DNA of 45,402 nucleotides from Candidatus Omnitrophota bacterium (GTDB taxonomy: Bacteria; Omnitrophota; Gorgyraeia; JABMRG01). The notes under the pieces were generated by a model. It worked only from the letters and a program-made list of their open reading frames with translations, was not told the origin of the DNA and ran no database searches. Each line of letters begins with the position of its first letter. Position 1 is the first letter of the stretch. The translations under genes and the position numbers were made by a program. The stretch lies in NCBI GenBank assembly GCA_013202525.1, contig JABMQS010000118.1, forward strand, positions 1 to 45,402. Reading direction: 5' to 3'. Below are positions 26,579-36,947 of the stretch, in pieces.

Positions 26579-27577
26579 CTATTTCTCCGCCTTCATCCAC
26601 GGCATCATATCGCGCAGGTCTTTTCCTACCTTCTCTATCTGGTGATCATCACCTTCCTTGATCAATTTGTCAAAATTCGGCCTGCCCTCTTCATTCTCCT
26701 TGATCCATTCACGGCCGAACTTGCCTGATTTTATATCCTTTAAGATCTTCTCCATGGTCTTGCGCGTCTTCTCTGTGATGATCATGGGCCCCCGCGTAAG
26801 ATCCCCGTAGCAGGCAGTATCAGATACCCTGCGCCTCATACCGCTTATGCCATATTCCTGTATCAGGTCTGTGATAAGCTTAAGCTCATGGAGCACCTCA
26901 AAGTACGCGATCTCAGGCTGATATCCGGCGTTTATCAATGTGTCAAACCCTGCCTTGATAAGTTCTGAAACGCCGCCGCAAAGGACCGTCTGTTCGCCAA
27001 AGAGGTCGGTCTCTGTCTCCTCTTCAAACGTCGTCTCGATAAGCCCTGCGCGTGTTGCGCCTATTGCCTTTGCGTAGGCAAGCGCAAGCTCCTTTGCCTG
27101 CCCTGTTGCATCCTGAAATACCGCTAAAAGGCTGGGAACCCCCTTGCCTTCTTCATACATGCGCCTCACCAAAGCACCCGGGCCTTTCGGGGCAACCATA
27201 AAGACATCCACGCTCTTTGGGGGCTTTATCTGTTTGAACCTGATATTGAAACCGTGCGAAAAACAGAGCGCCTTGCCCTTCTTCAAATTCGGCCTGATGC
27301 TGTCCTTGTAGACCTTGGCCTGCACATGGTCCTGTGTAAGGATCTGGATAATATCCCCTGCCCTTGCAGCCAGATCCGCGGCAATAGGTTCAAAACCATC
27401 GTCTTTGGCCTTCTGATAGTTGAGTGTGCCCTCCATCTCTGAAACGACCACACTGCATCCTGAATCACGAAGGCAGAGCGCCTGGCCGCGCCCCTGGATA
27501 CCATAACCAATAATAGCAATCGTCTTGCCTGTCAATACTGCCAGATCCGCATCCTTATCATAATATATCTTTGCCAC
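26579..27577 (-). CDS. ilvC: Ketol-acid reductoisomerase
   Basis: [19 protein letters not shown] and [10 protein letters not shown]. Probable GTG start at 27577 behind AGGAGGG. Confidence 0.96.
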   Translation of the reverse strand: MAKIYYDKDADLAVLTGKTIAIIGYGIQGRGQALCLRDSGCSVVVSEMEGTLNYQKAKDDGFEPIAADLAARAGDIIQILTQDHVQAKVYKDSIRPNLKKGKALCFSHGFNIRFKQIKPPKSVDVFMVAPKGPGALVRRMYEEGKGVPSLLAVFQDATGQAKELALAYAKAIGATRAGLIETTFEEETETDLFGEQTVLCGGVSELIKAGFDTLINAGYQPEIAYFEVLHELKLITDLIQEYGISGMRRRVSDTACYGDLTRGPMIITEKTRKTMEKILKDIKSGKFGREWIKENEEGRPNFDKLIKEGDDHQIEKVGKDLRDMMPWMKAEK

Positions 27578-27600
27578 TTGATCCCTCCTCATTCTCGTGT

Positions 27601-27662
27601 TTAGCTTCTTAGCTTGTTAGCTTTTTAGGAGTATGTTTTTCCTAAGAAGCTAATAAGCTAAA
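27601..27662. repeat. Inverted octamer tandem arrays
   Basis: (TTAGCTTN)x3-TTAGGA faces TCCTAA-GAAGCTAA-TAAGCTAA. Confidence 0.8.
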
Positions 27663-27678
27663 ACGTCTCTATCCCGTC

Positions 27679-28149
27679 TCACAGCGCCATTGCAATGCGC
27701 CCTGTGCGCACCATCTCCTTTACCTTAAACCCCTTAAGCGCTTCGAGCATCTTCAGGATATGGCTCGGATCACCGACCGCCTCAACCATCACCGTATCTG
27801 CGGATGCCTTTATCGCATTTGCGCCGAAACGTTTCAATGTCCTTAAGGCCTTGGGCTTGGTCTTTTTGTCCACGCCTATCTTGAATACCAGAAGCTCCCT
27901 GTCGATATGCTCCTTGTTGACAAAGTCCTTTACTGAGATGACATCTATTAACTTGTTCAGCTGTTTCTTGACCTGCTCAAGTATCTTGTCATCCCCTTTG
28001 ACCACAATGGTCATACATGAGATAGTAGGGTCTTCGGTCTCACCTACAGCCAGGGAGTCTATATTAAAACCCCTGGCGCTGAAGAGCCCTGAAACCCTTG
28101 CCAGGACACCAAACTTATTCTCAACCGCAACCGATATTATATGCTTCAT
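27679..28149 (-). CDS. ilvN: Acetolactate synthase small subunit
   Basis: ACT domain (VENKFGVLARVSGLFSARGFNIDSL), KQLNKLIDV and RTG. Confidence 0.95.
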   Translation of the reverse strand: MKHIISVAVENKFGVLARVSGLFSARGFNIDSLAVGETEDPTISCMTIVVKGDDKILEQVKKQLNKLIDVISVKDFVNKEHIDRELLVFKIGVDKKTKPKALRTLKRFGANAIKASADTVMVEAVGDPSHILKMLEALKGFKVKEMVRTGRIAMAL

Positions 28150-28174
28150 ATCCTCACCTTGTTCTCTTGTTTTG

Positions 28175-28240
28175 GTGAATAGTATTTAGTGAATTGTGAA
28201 TCGTATTAAACCATTCACCATTCACTATTCACCATTCACT
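28175..28240. repeat. Inverted heptamer tandem arrays
   Basis: About four GTGAATN units at 28175-28204 face (C(C/T)ATTCA)x4 at 28211-28240. Confidence 0.8.
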
Positions 28241-28274
28241 AAGACTTATCAAATACTTCTAACTTCGAACGGCC

Positions 28275-29951
28275 CTACGCCATACCGTCGATCATCTTGT
28301 TGATCGCTTTACCGGCAGGCACCATAGGAAATACGTTCTCCTCCTCATCAACGACAAAATCGAGGACCACCACATTATCGGTGGCTATCGCCTTATCTAT
28401 TGCGGCCCTCACATCCTCTTTCTTGTCAACCCTTATGCCTACGGCGCCATATGCCTCGGCAAGTTTGACAAAATCAGGGCAGCCGCCCTTGAGGCAGGTA
28501 TGGGAATACCTCTTCTCGTAGAACAGCTCCTGCCACTGCCTTACCATACCAAGGTAGCCATTATTCAATATGGCTATGTTTACAGGCAGCTTGTTGACCA
28601 CCGCGGTGGCGAGCTCCTGAATATTCATCTGTATGCTTCCATCGCCCGCAATATCAAAGACCACCTTATCGGGCAGGCCCAGCTGAGCGCCTATCGCCGA
28701 CGGAAAACCATACCCCATAGTGCCCAGGCCGCCGCTCGACAGGAAGGTGCGCGGTTTTGTATACTTATAAAACTGCGCTGCCCACATCTGATTTTGGCCT
28801 ACCTCGGTCACGATTATTGCGTTGCCCTTTGTCGCCTCATATATCTGCTCAACAACATATTGCGGCTTTATAGAATCCGTATCCCTGTTATACCTGAGCG
28901 GGGAATTCTTCTTCCACTTTGCTATCTGCTCAAGCCATTCCTTGGTATCCGGAGCCTTGACTATATTGTTTAAGGACCTTAAGGCATGCTTGGCATCACC
29001 CACTATAGGTATATCTACATGGACATTCTTGCTAACGCTTGAAGGGTCTATATCTATATGTATGATCTTGGCATGCGGGGCAAACTCATCGAGCTTACCC
29101 GTTACCCTGTCATCGAAACGCGAGCCTACAGCTATGATAAGGTCACTCTCCATTATCGCATGGTTGGCATAGGCAGTCCCGTGCATCCCCAGCATCATAA
29201 GCGAAAGGTGGTGCGTCTCAGGAAAGGCGCCCAGGCCAAGCAGTGTCGTAGTCACAGGGATATTCGTCTTCTCCGCGAACTCTGTGAGCTCATCTGAGGC
29301 ATTGGATATTATAACACCGCCTCCGGCATATATAACAGGCCTCTTGGACTCCTTTATTGCCTTTGCCGCCTTCTTTATCTGTCCAGGGTGGCTGATATAC
29401 GTAGGATTGTAGCTCCTTATATTGGCTTCTTTTGGATACTCATAATCAGCTTCCAGGACCGTGACATCCTTAGGAATATCGATCACAACAGGGCCGGGCC
29501 GGCCGGTCCTTGCTATATGGAATGCATCCTTGATAGTACCTGCGAGTTCATCCACTTCCTTGACCAGATAGTTATGCTTGGATATGGGACGGGTTATTCC
29601 GGTAACATCTGCCTCCTGGAATGCGTCATTACCTATCAGGCTCCTGCTGACCTGCCCTGTAATAGCCACCATAGGTATTGAATCCATATAGGCCGTGGCA
29701 ATCCCTGTAACAAGGTTTGTGGCACCAGGCCCTGAGGTCGCGATACAGACCCCTACCTTTCCGGTAGCGCGCGCATAGCCGTCGGCGGCATGAACCGCGC
29801 CCTGCTCGTGCCTTGGGAGAATAAACTTGATCGGCGAATCATACAGCACATCAAATATAGGCAGTACCGTACCGCCCGGATAACCGAATATGATATCCAC
29901 GCCTTCTTTTATAAGTGACTCGATTACTATCTTTGCTCCTGAGAGTTTCAT
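28275..29951 (-). CDS. ilvB: Acetolactate synthase large subunit
   Basis: [28 protein letters not shown], the [11 protein letters not shown] motif and LGMVRQWQ. Confidence 0.97.
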   Translation of the reverse strand: MKLSGAKIVIESLIKEGVDIIFGYPGGTVLPIFDVLYDSPIKFILPRHEQGAVHAADGYARATGKVGVCIATSGPGATNLVTGIATAYMDSIPMVAITGQVSRSLIGNDAFQEADVTGITRPISKHNYLVKEVDELAGTIKDAFHIARTGRPGPVVIDIPKDVTVLEADYEYPKEANIRSYNPTYISHPGQIKKAAKAIKESKRPVIYAGGGVIISNASDELTEFAEKTNIPVTTTLLGLGAFPETHHLSLMMLGMHGTAYANHAIMESDLIIAVGSRFDDRVTGKLDEFAPHAKIIHIDIDPSSVSKNVHVDIPIVGDAKHALRSLNNIVKAPDTKEWLEQIAKWKKNSPLRYNRDTDSIKPQYVVEQIYEATKGNAIIVTEVGQNQMWAAQFYKYTKPRTFLSSGGLGTMGYGFPSAIGAQLGLPDKVVFDIAGDGSIQMNIQELATAVVNKLPVNIAILNNGYLGMVRQWQELFYEKRYSHTCLKGGCPDFVKLAEAYGAVGIRVDKKEDVRAAIDKAIATDNVVVLDFVVDEEENVFPMVPAGKAINKMIDGMA

Positions 29952-29983
29952 AGCTCCACCTTGTTTTCGTGTTTTCGTCTAAA

Positions 29984-31639
29984 TTACACTGATAATATAG
30001 CGCCTTTGGATGCGGGTCCGACCATCTTTGCGTAACGGCTTAGATAGCCTGTCTTTATCTTAGGCTTTCTCGGCCTCCACCTCTTAAGGCGTCCGGCGAT
30101 CTCCTTCTTGGATACCTCAAGGCTTATCTTTCTTTTAGGTATGTCTATTTTTATGGTATCCCCATCTTTTATAACCGCGATCAGTCCGCCTGCCGCTGCC
30201 TCAGGTGATATATGGCCAATGCATGGGCCGCGCGTACCTCCTGAAAATCTTCCGTCGGTAATAAGCGCTACCTCCTCAGATAGGCCCATACCTGCTATAG
30301 CAGCGGTCGGGGCAAGCATCTCTCTCATCCCGGGTCCGCCCTTTGGTCCTTCATATCTTACCACTATAACCGTTCCGGGTTTTATGCGGCGCGCCATTAT
30401 CTCCTTCATGGCCTCTTCTTCTGAATCGAAGCAGCGTGCTCTTCCCTTAAATGTCATCACAGACTCTGCCACAGCGCTCTGTTTTACAACGCAGCCCTCA
30501 GGCGCTATATTGCCTTTCAATATGGCAATACCGCCTTCAGCATGGTATGCCTTATTCAGGGGGCGTATAATATCATTATCATATATCCCCACACCCCTGA
30601 TATTATCCTTTAAGCGTTTGCCTGTCACAGTAATATTGTTCTTCAGCTTCGGAGACAGCCTCTTAAGGACTGCCGGTATGCCGCCAGCATACTCTAAGTC
30701 CTCCATAAAGTATTCACCGCCGGGCCTTATATCCGATATATGGGGCGTCTTTTTGCATATAGCATCGAGCTCGCTCAGCTTCAGCTCTATACCTGCCTCA
30801 TGGGCTATCGCTGGCAGATGGAGCATGGTATTAGTAGAGCCGCCAAGGGCCATATCGACCATTACCGCATCATAGATAGAGGCTGCATTTATGATCTTCC
30901 TTGCAGTAATCTTCTTCTTGATCAGGCTGACGATCTGCTCTCCGCTCGTTAGAGCAATTCGCTTTTTCTTGGCGGAATTTGCCAGGGCAGTTGCGCATCC
31001 TGGCAAAGACATGCCCATTGCCTCTGTTGCGCAGGCCATGGTATTTGCAGTATAGAGCCCCTGGCAAGCGCCTGCACCAGGGCATGAGCAGATCTCAAGC
31101 CCTTCCATCTCCCTGGCAGATATCTCATTATTGCGCCTTTTTGCCATCGCCTCAAAGGTGTCCCTCACAAAGGAACGCCTCTTCATCCTGTACATACCGG
31201 AAGCCATGGGCCCTGCTGTAACCACGATTGCCGGGATATCGAGCCTTGCGGCTGCCATAAGCATGCCCGGGGTGATCTTGTCACAATTGGTAAGCAAAAG
31301 GAGGCCGTCAAGGGCATGGGCCATGGCCACGGACTCAACGCAATCGGCGATAAGCTCCCTTGAAGCAAGGGAGTATTTCATGCCTGTATGGCCCATGGCA
31401 ATGCCGTCGCATATGCCCGGGATACCAAAGACAAACGGCACCCCTCCTCCGGAACGCACGCCCATCTCTGCCATGCGTTCAAGCTGGCGCATATCGACAT
31501 GACCCGGGATAAGGTCTGTGAAGCTCGAGGCAATGCCCACAAAAGGCTTATTCAGGTCCTGTTTTCTGATGCCCGTAGCGTACAAAAGCGCCCTGTGCGG
31601 CGCCCTTTCCAAACCATTCTTTATAACATCGCTTCTCAT
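29984..31639 (-). CDS. ilvD: Dihydroxy-acid dehydratase
   Basis: [36 protein letters not shown] and TDGRFSG. Confidence 0.97.
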   Translation of the reverse strand: MRSDVIKNGLERAPHRALLYATGIRKQDLNKPFVGIASSFTDLIPGHVDMRQLERMAEMGVRSGGGVPFVFGIPGICDGIAMGHTGMKYSLASRELIADCVESVAMAHALDGLLLLTNCDKITPGMLMAAARLDIPAIVVTAGPMASGMYRMKRRSFVRDTFEAMAKRRNNEISAREMEGLEICSCPGAGACQGLYTANTMACATEAMGMSLPGCATALANSAKKKRIALTSGEQIVSLIKKKITARKIINAASIYDAVMVDMALGGSTNTMLHLPAIAHEAGIELKLSELDAICKKTPHISDIRPGGEYFMEDLEYAGGIPAVLKRLSPKLKNNITVTGKRLKDNIRGVGIYDNDIIRPLNKAYHAEGGIAILKGNIAPEGCVVKQSAVAESVMTFKGRARCFDSEEEAMKEIMARRIKPGTVIVVRYEGPKGGPGMREMLAPTAAIAGMGLSEEVALITDGRFSGGTRGPCIGHISPEAAAGGLIAVIKDGDTIKIDIPKRKISLEVSKKEIAGRLKRWRPRKPKIKTGYLSRYAKMVGPASKGAILSV

Positions 31640-31680
31640 AGTCGTCTCCTATAGTTATATAGTATAATATATAGTTTAAT

Positions 31681-31709
31681 TGTATAACACAAAGACTTAA
31701 AGATGTCAA
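31681..31709 (-). promoter_or_regulatory. Sigma70-type promoter for the ilvD-led operon
   Basis: Minus strand reads TTGACA-17 nt-TATACA with an extended -10 TG. Confidence 0.7.
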
Positions 31710-31730
31710 ACAAATTCTAAAGAGGCTAAC

Positions 31731-31784
31731 GACCTTCAAAGACAGTCTTTGAGCACGAAGGTCCCCGCATAAAGACTGTCTTTG
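31731..31784. repeat. Inverted repeat of self-palindromic arms
   Basis: CAAAGACAGTCTTT (31737-31750) and AAAGACTGTCTTTG (31771-31784) form a perfect 14-bp IR. An overlapping GACCTTC/GAAGGTC IR lies at 31731/31757. Confidence 0.75.
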
Positions 31785-31816
31785 GCGCTTCTGAAAAAAT
31801 AGGGTCTGGGCCTGTT

Positions 31817-32860
31817 TCAGGGCGTGTCTTTGACTATTCTTGTGGTGATAAAATAGATAAGTATGGCCAGGAGGAGGCCGACATAACCATCTATAGCATA
31901 GTGCCAGCCCAGTAATATCGAGCCTATAAACATAAAGATGAGGTATATGAGCAGGCCAATATAGAGAAAGCGGTTAAGGCGCCGGGCAAAAAAAGTAAAT
32001 AATGCCACTATAGCAATGTGGAGGCTGGGCATAGCCGCGATACCGTAAAAATTACGCCCGCGCGGGCTATAAGGATTCTGCCTGACAACGGTATAACACT
32101 CAAGAAGTATATCCTGCAATTGTTTAGCAATAGGGATATCCATGCTACTGAAAAAGCCTGGGGTCAAATAGCACGGCCCCATAGCGGGAAACAGATAATA
32201 ACTCATGCCGCCTATGATCCAGCACAGGCAGATCGCGGTAATAAACTGGTTGCGTAATGTTTTTGACTTGTACTGAAGTATAAAAATAAGCGGCACAACT
32301 ATATTCTTTAAAAAGAAGCTTGCGTAAATAACATCCATGGCATGCAAAACAAAATTGTTCTTGAAGAGCTCTACCATCAGAATGGTGGGACTGATACCGA
32401 AATGAAAGGCCTGATCCAGCCGCCACATCTGGTTATCGAAGAGTACGGGGTTTACCAACGGTATTATCTGCTTTAGATTACAGAAGAAGACCAGCATTAC
32501 CATAATGGCAATGGATATGCGCAAAAGGTCAAGCCCGAAGGCAAAGTTTAGATATCGCGCCCTGCAAAGGGCAATGGCATCAAGCGCCGACACCCTTAAC
32601 CTTTGAGACAGACTTAATCTATTGGATTTGTTGGATAAGAACCCCCTGGCGATACGATAAAACATGTATACGGCAACCATCATAAAACCGATAGCAAAGG
32701 TCCCGAAGATCTTAAAATAACAATAATTTCCAAGGGTGCATGGTATAAAACCATGCGCATACATGAAAAACGTGCCGAAAATCGCGTAGACTATGACGAT
32801 CTTTTCGAATATATAAAGTTTAGAATATAATTTAGACAGGAGTTCTTTTACTTTGTACAT
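31817..32860 (-). CDS. PAP2-superfamily membrane phosphotransferase (Aur1/Ipt1-like)
   Basis: Multi-TM protein with YYLFPAMGP, AAMPSLH and GWHYAID catalytic motifs. Start moved to the ATG at 32860, just after the upstream stop. Confidence 0.82.
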   Translation of the reverse strand: MYKVKELLSKLYSKLYIFEKIVIVYAIFGTFFMYAHGFIPCTLGNYCYFKIFGTFAIGFMMVAVYMFYRIARGFLSNKSNRLSLSQRLRVSALDAIALCRARYLNFAFGLDLLRISIAIMVMLVFFCNLKQIIPLVNPVLFDNQMWRLDQAFHFGISPTILMVELFKNNFVLHAMDVIYASFFLKNIVVPLIFILQYKSKTLRNQFITAICLCWIIGGMSYYLFPAMGPCYLTPGFFSSMDIPIAKQLQDILLECYTVVRQNPYSPRGRNFYGIAAMPSLHIAIVALFTFFARRLNRFLYIGLLIYLIFMFIGSILLGWHYAIDGYVGLLLAILIYFITTRIVKDTP

Positions 32861-32864
32861 AATA

Positions 32865-34748
32865 TCATTCGATCCGATAGACGTAAAATCTATCATTTTT
32901 GTATGCAACCGGAAATGACAATCTTCTGCCGCTTGGCTCTACAATATAGTCTACACCATATCTGCCCCTTGCCTCATTAAGGTCCTTCTCGTCCAGCATC
33001 ATGTATATAAAACGGGCAATATATTTACGCGCGTCGGAACCAAAGCCGCAAAACGCCCCTACCCTTTTTATCATCCATTCCCTTCTGTAGCCGAGGGTCC
33101 CCAGCCTCTCGATCCATATATCGCCAAAACCTGGATACCAGTGCATGGCCGCACCATCGACCCAGTCCAGAAAAACAGGGCGCTTGGAAAATACCCTAAA
33201 CCCGTGCATATAGACCGGTACGATAAAAATCGAATCCACGGGGGTATTCTCCTCTGCCCATAATTGCACCCGTTTCCAGTCATCATATATATCCGGACTG
33301 CTGCAGTTTGAGATATTTCCCTCCTTAATCCTCTGCCGCATAATAGTCGCGTACGGAAGCAGGGAAAAGATCATTACGCATATTATAACCTGCCTGGAAA
33401 GCCGCGGGGCTATTCTCTGCTTATCAGCAATGTAGGCAATGGTCAAAAGTATAAGGAAGCAGGATATCTTGCCCGGGGTAAGATAGACCAGGAGATCCTT
33501 CACAGCCAATGTGATCAAAAACAATATAAATATGCGCCGGATAAGCTTAAGCAGCATATCACCATTGGCTGAAACCTTACTTAACGCAGAGAGTGCCTGA
33601 AGACGAAACTCATGCAAAAGCAGTAATATCATAATGCCGCCGGCATAATTTGGTTTATTAAATTCAAGCAGGGCAAATATGATAAGGGCGGATAAGACAA
33701 AATTCCTTAAACTGCCTTTCTCGATGAGCCCCTTTATATAATTTGCGGCAAAGACACAGCCCAGGACAATAAAGAATACATCGCTTCTGAAAAACTGAAG
33801 CAGTATTATCCTGCGCATCTGAAAAAATTCACCGAGCACAAAGGCTATCGTCCACATAGAAAACAAGGCCCAGATAAATGACCGGATAATACCCCCGGAT
33901 TTTGTATCCTTAAAACCTTTTTTAAAAAAGACCGCAAAATATACGAGGAATATAATGAAGTGTGACCACTTAAACCCGGACCAGGTAGATGGAAAATAAT
34001 GGAGCGGATACCAGTTCTTCAGCCACACGATAAAGTTTGAAGAGGCCTCATAGGGATGAGCCATGCTTCCCCGGATAACCCAGATAGCGCCCGGAAGCAC
34101 AAGCAGCAAAAACAGGAGAAAAGAAAATCCAATACTTTTCAATTGGTCCTTCTCTCTGCCGTAGAGCCACAGATACAGGGATGCGAAGAGAAACATCACA
34201 AAGATAAAATTGCCCATAAGCGCATTGATGTAATATATAAAGACCAATATAAGGGCTGTAGTCTTATACCGCTTTTGGAGAAATGTCAGGATCGCAATCA
34301 TAGCAAACGGGGCTACCATGGATGTATGATATAGCGACGTCTTCATGAGGGGATCATGCCCTATCAACCCGTAGGTATTAAGCAGCGGTGAAAACGCAAA
34401 GAGAAACATGGTAAACATTGCTCCTCTGTGCGACCTGAATAGCTGATAGGAGAGCTTATAAGAGGCGATGAGCAGGACATATCTCAATAAAAAATATAAT
34501 ACAAGATGCAATGTCTCCAGCTCAAGAAGCTTAGACAAGAAAGCCATCAGATATGGAAACAGGCTCGGAAACTGACTGAGCGTATCTACATAATAATCGC
34601 CTGGAAACAGCGATGGATCCGCTATCCTATATATAAAAGGCAGGACCTGGATCTGATTTGGCGTTATGCCGTAATTATAACCTAATAAAAGCGCCGAAAG
34701 CGGGACAAATATTGCCGCCAATAAATATTTTATAGCGGGGTTTTTCAT
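32865..34748 (-). CDS. Polytopic membrane protein, GT-C-like
   Basis: 627 aa with many TM segments, an early loop DPSLFPGDYY, and a soluble C-terminal domain (W..VQLWAEENTP.DSIF..P..GFRVFSKRPVFLDW, YGVDYIV). The GT-C assignment rests on architecture only. Confidence 0.6.
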   Translation of the reverse strand: MKNPAIKYLLAAIFVPLSALLLGYNYGITPNQIQVLPFIYRIADPSLFPGDYYVDTLSQFPSLFPYLMAFLSKLLELETLHLVLYFLLRYVLLIASYKLSYQLFRSHRGAMFTMFLFAFSPLLNTYGLIGHDPLMKTSLYHTSMVAPFAMIAILTFLQKRYKTTALILVFIYYINALMGNFIFVMFLFASLYLWLYGREKDQLKSIGFSFLLFLLLVLPGAIWVIRGSMAHPYEASSNFIVWLKNWYPLHYFPSTWSGFKWSHFIIFLVYFAVFFKKGFKDTKSGGIIRSFIWALFSMWTIAFVLGEFFQMRRIILLQFFRSDVFFIVLGCVFAANYIKGLIEKGSLRNFVLSALIIFALLEFNKPNYAGGIMILLLLHEFRLQALSALSKVSANGDMLLKLIRRIFILFLITLAVKDLLVYLTPGKISCFLILLTIAYIADKQRIAPRLSRQVIICVMIFSLLPYATIMRQRIKEGNISNCSSPDIYDDWKRVQLWAEENTPVDSIFIVPVYMHGFRVFSKRPVFLDWVDGAAMHWYPGFGDIWIERLGTLGYRREWMIKRVGAFCGFGSDARKYIARFIYMMLDEKDLNEARGRYGVDYIVEPSGRRLSFPVAYKNDRFYVYRIE

Positions 34749-36769
34749 TGCGGCTCCGCAACCTCTTTCATCTTATCTTCTGTCATCTCTATATATCTTT
34801 GCACCCGCTGATCTTTCGGGTCTACCTGAAGCGCAAACCTGAAATACCTTAACGCGCTCTTAAGCCTTCCCAGTTTCGCGTAAGAAGATCCTATGTTGGT
34901 ATAGAGCTCCGCGGACTTATACTTTGAATATGGAAGAGCCTTCAAAAACTCTGCCAAGGCCTTTTCATATTCCTTCATATGAAAATAGCATGCCCCTTTA
35001 AAAATATAAGCGGGATATTTTCCCCTCCTAAACCTTGAGGCGATATCCAACGCGCTGAGAGCTGTGCTGTACTTACCCATACGCATAAGTACGTCGGCCC
35101 CGGTAACATAATATAATGGATAGGCATTTTTTGCAAGTGTCCTTGTCAGGCTGCCATCATCCGGCAGTGAAAATTCGATATCCTCCAATCTTATTCTGTA
35201 TTTCTTTATAAGCTTCCTGTTTTCAGGGATGTCTTTCAAAAAGACCATGTATATATTGTCAAAAAATACAAGCTTCCAGGCCTTATCCTTATAGAGTTCA
35301 CTAGCAATATCGATGAAGCTGTTCTGAAAACCAAAGAAGAAGACGGCCGTCTTAAATGAAAACTGCTCGCTGGCCTTCTTCCACTGCTGGTAATCATCTA
35401 TATTCAGATATATCTTTTCGTGGGCCTTATAGAGCTCTGTCCTTCCGTCGACAAAGATCCTATATTCAGGATAGAGATTCCATGTCATATATGCGGCGCA
35501 GTTTATGCTGTTAAAGATAGGCCCCGGTAACCTGTTCTTTAATATAAGATCCATGGCCCCAGGCCTGTCCACGACCTTTATCGTGCCGAATAATCCCGAT
35601 TTAACGGCCAGATCCTTATCATATATATAGCAATTATCGACCTCTGCGCAAGTAACCTTTGCGCAGTAAAAGATAACGCCGATGAGCCCTGCAAGCACCA
35701 GGCCCCTTCCGGCGGCCTGAAGTACGCCTTTAGAGAATCTTTTAAGGAATGCGGGATCGGCCCTATTAAGATTGCTCATTATGCAAATCGACATGATCAC
35801 CCCGAAGATCGCCTGATTCCTCTTTGCCATCGTTACTGCCGCTATTGCCAGGGCGCATAATATGATATCGTATATGTCTGCCTTTCTTATCGACAAAAAC
35901 AGGCTTAAGAAAAAAAGGAAGACAAGCAGGGTGACCATCAGATAGGCATCGGTAAAGACAATATTAAAGAAGCCCACAGGGACAAGCTCTGAGATGCAGG
36001 CACTCTCTATGGAAGGCGCTGCCAGATTCGTCAATACCGAGAATGGGTAAAATGCGCCTCTTAGGCCATAGGGGCTTATGAAGAAGGTTGCAATGCTTAA
36101 GAATAATACGATATATAACCTCTTCATTGCACCTGTCGATATGGCCGCCGACTCAGACCACTCAAAGGGGAGCCATATTCCTCTTTTTAGGTGCTGGCAT
36201 ATAAGAAATAGCAGGATGGCTGCAGGCCCTAATAAAAAGTAACCGTGGATATTGACCCATAGAAGCTGAAGCGGCAGAAGGATAAAGACCGATCTTTCTT
36301 CCGGGTACTTTTTTAGGATATAGAGAAAGGCCGCAGTAAAAAAGAGGCTGAAGAGCTCAGGCCTTACGTGAGTACGCGTGGCAAGAGTCAGAACAAGCGC
36401 CAAAAATGTAAGGACACCGATCAGGCCAAATGCTGCCTTGCGTCCGATGCAGGCTATAAACGCAATGATGCCAAATAACAGCAGGCACCTCAAGAGGATC
36501 AGGCCGTTTGCGCCAGCCACCGAATACACGGGATAGACAAAGGCCTGGAACAGCCATGAATGGTCTATCCAGGGTGCAGGACCCAATAGAAAGGAATAGA
36601 GCTGCTCTGTAGGGACTTTGAGATTCTCTAATATCCACTTTCCTGTCTCAAGGTGCAGCCATATATCCAGTGAATGCACCTCGCCCAGAAATACCACAGC
36701 CGCAACGATGGATACCGCCGCAAAGGCAAAGACAGAGATATATAGTTTTATTCGTTTATATAGAATCAT
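34745..36769 (-). CDS. Polytopic membrane protein (GT-C-like) with C-terminal TPRs
   Basis: DIWLHLETGKWI..P..YSF..WIDHSWL first loop, RPELFS, LWVNIHG and FVDGRTELY, followed by about three TPR-like repeats. Start moved to the ATG at 36769. Confidence 0.65.
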   Translation of the reverse strand: MILYKRIKLYISVFAFAAVSIVAAVVFLGEVHSLDIWLHLETGKWILENLKVPTEQLYSFLLGPAPWIDHSWLFQAFVYPVYSVAGANGLILLRCLLLFGIIAFIACIGRKAAFGLIGVLTFLALVLTLATRTHVRPELFSLFFTAAFLYILKKYPEERSVFILLPLQLLWVNIHGYFLLGPAAILLFLICQHLKRGIWLPFEWSESAAISTGAMKRLYIVLFLSIATFFISPYGLRGAFYPFSVLTNLAAPSIESACISELVPVGFFNIVFTDAYLMVTLLVFLFFLSLFLSIRKADIYDIILCALAIAAVTMAKRNQAIFGVIMSICIMSNLNRADPAFLKRFSKGVLQAAGRGLVLAGLIGVIFYCAKVTCAEVDNCYIYDKDLAVKSGLFGTIKVVDRPGAMDLILKNRLPGPIFNSINCAAYMTWNLYPEYRIFVDGRTELYKAHEKIYLNIDDYQQWKKASEQFSFKTAVFFFGFQNSFIDIASELYKDKAWKLVFFDNIYMVFLKDIPENRKLIKKYRIRLEDIEFSLPDDGSLTRTLAKNAYPLYYVTGADVLMRMGKYSTALSALDIASRFRRGKYPAYIFKGACYFHMKEYEKALAEFLKALPYSKYKSAELYTNIGSSYAKLGRLKSALRYFRFALQVDPKDQRVQRYIEMTEDKMKEVAEPQ

Positions 36770-36776
36770 TGATAAG

Positions 36777-36805
36777 ATTGTAGCAGAAGAGAGGTTGAAT
36801 TGCAA
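36777..36805 (-). promoter_or_regulatory. Sigma70-type promoter, probably producing a leaderless mRNA
   Basis: Minus strand reads TTGCAA-17 nt-TACAAT with an extended -10 TG. The ATG lies 7 nt downstream of the -10 box and has no SD sequence. Confidence 0.6.
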
Positions 36806-36876
36806 GAAAATCGCTTCGTGATAACTCTTCGGCGATTTTCAGTGGTTGGGATAACACTTTTTGAAATTCCATACCA

Positions 36877-36919
36877 TAAGAAAAAAGAGGCAGATTAGTT
36901 ATCTGCCTCTTTTTTCTTA
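36877..36919. terminator. Rho-independent (bidirectional-type) terminator after the pilin gene
   Basis: Perfect 19-bp IR TAAGAAAAAAGAGGCAGAT / ATCTGCCTCTTTTTTCTTA, 28 nt after the pilin stop. Confidence 0.9.
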
Positions 36920-36947
36920 GCCAAATTTCAAATTAGTAAACTATATC

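Noticed and set aside
30108-30875. Long + strand ORFs (e.g. 30108-30875, 3873-4523, 8693-9304, 23123-23758, 43392-43985)
   Set aside because: They are antisense shadows of well-conserved genes, with no recognisable motifs.
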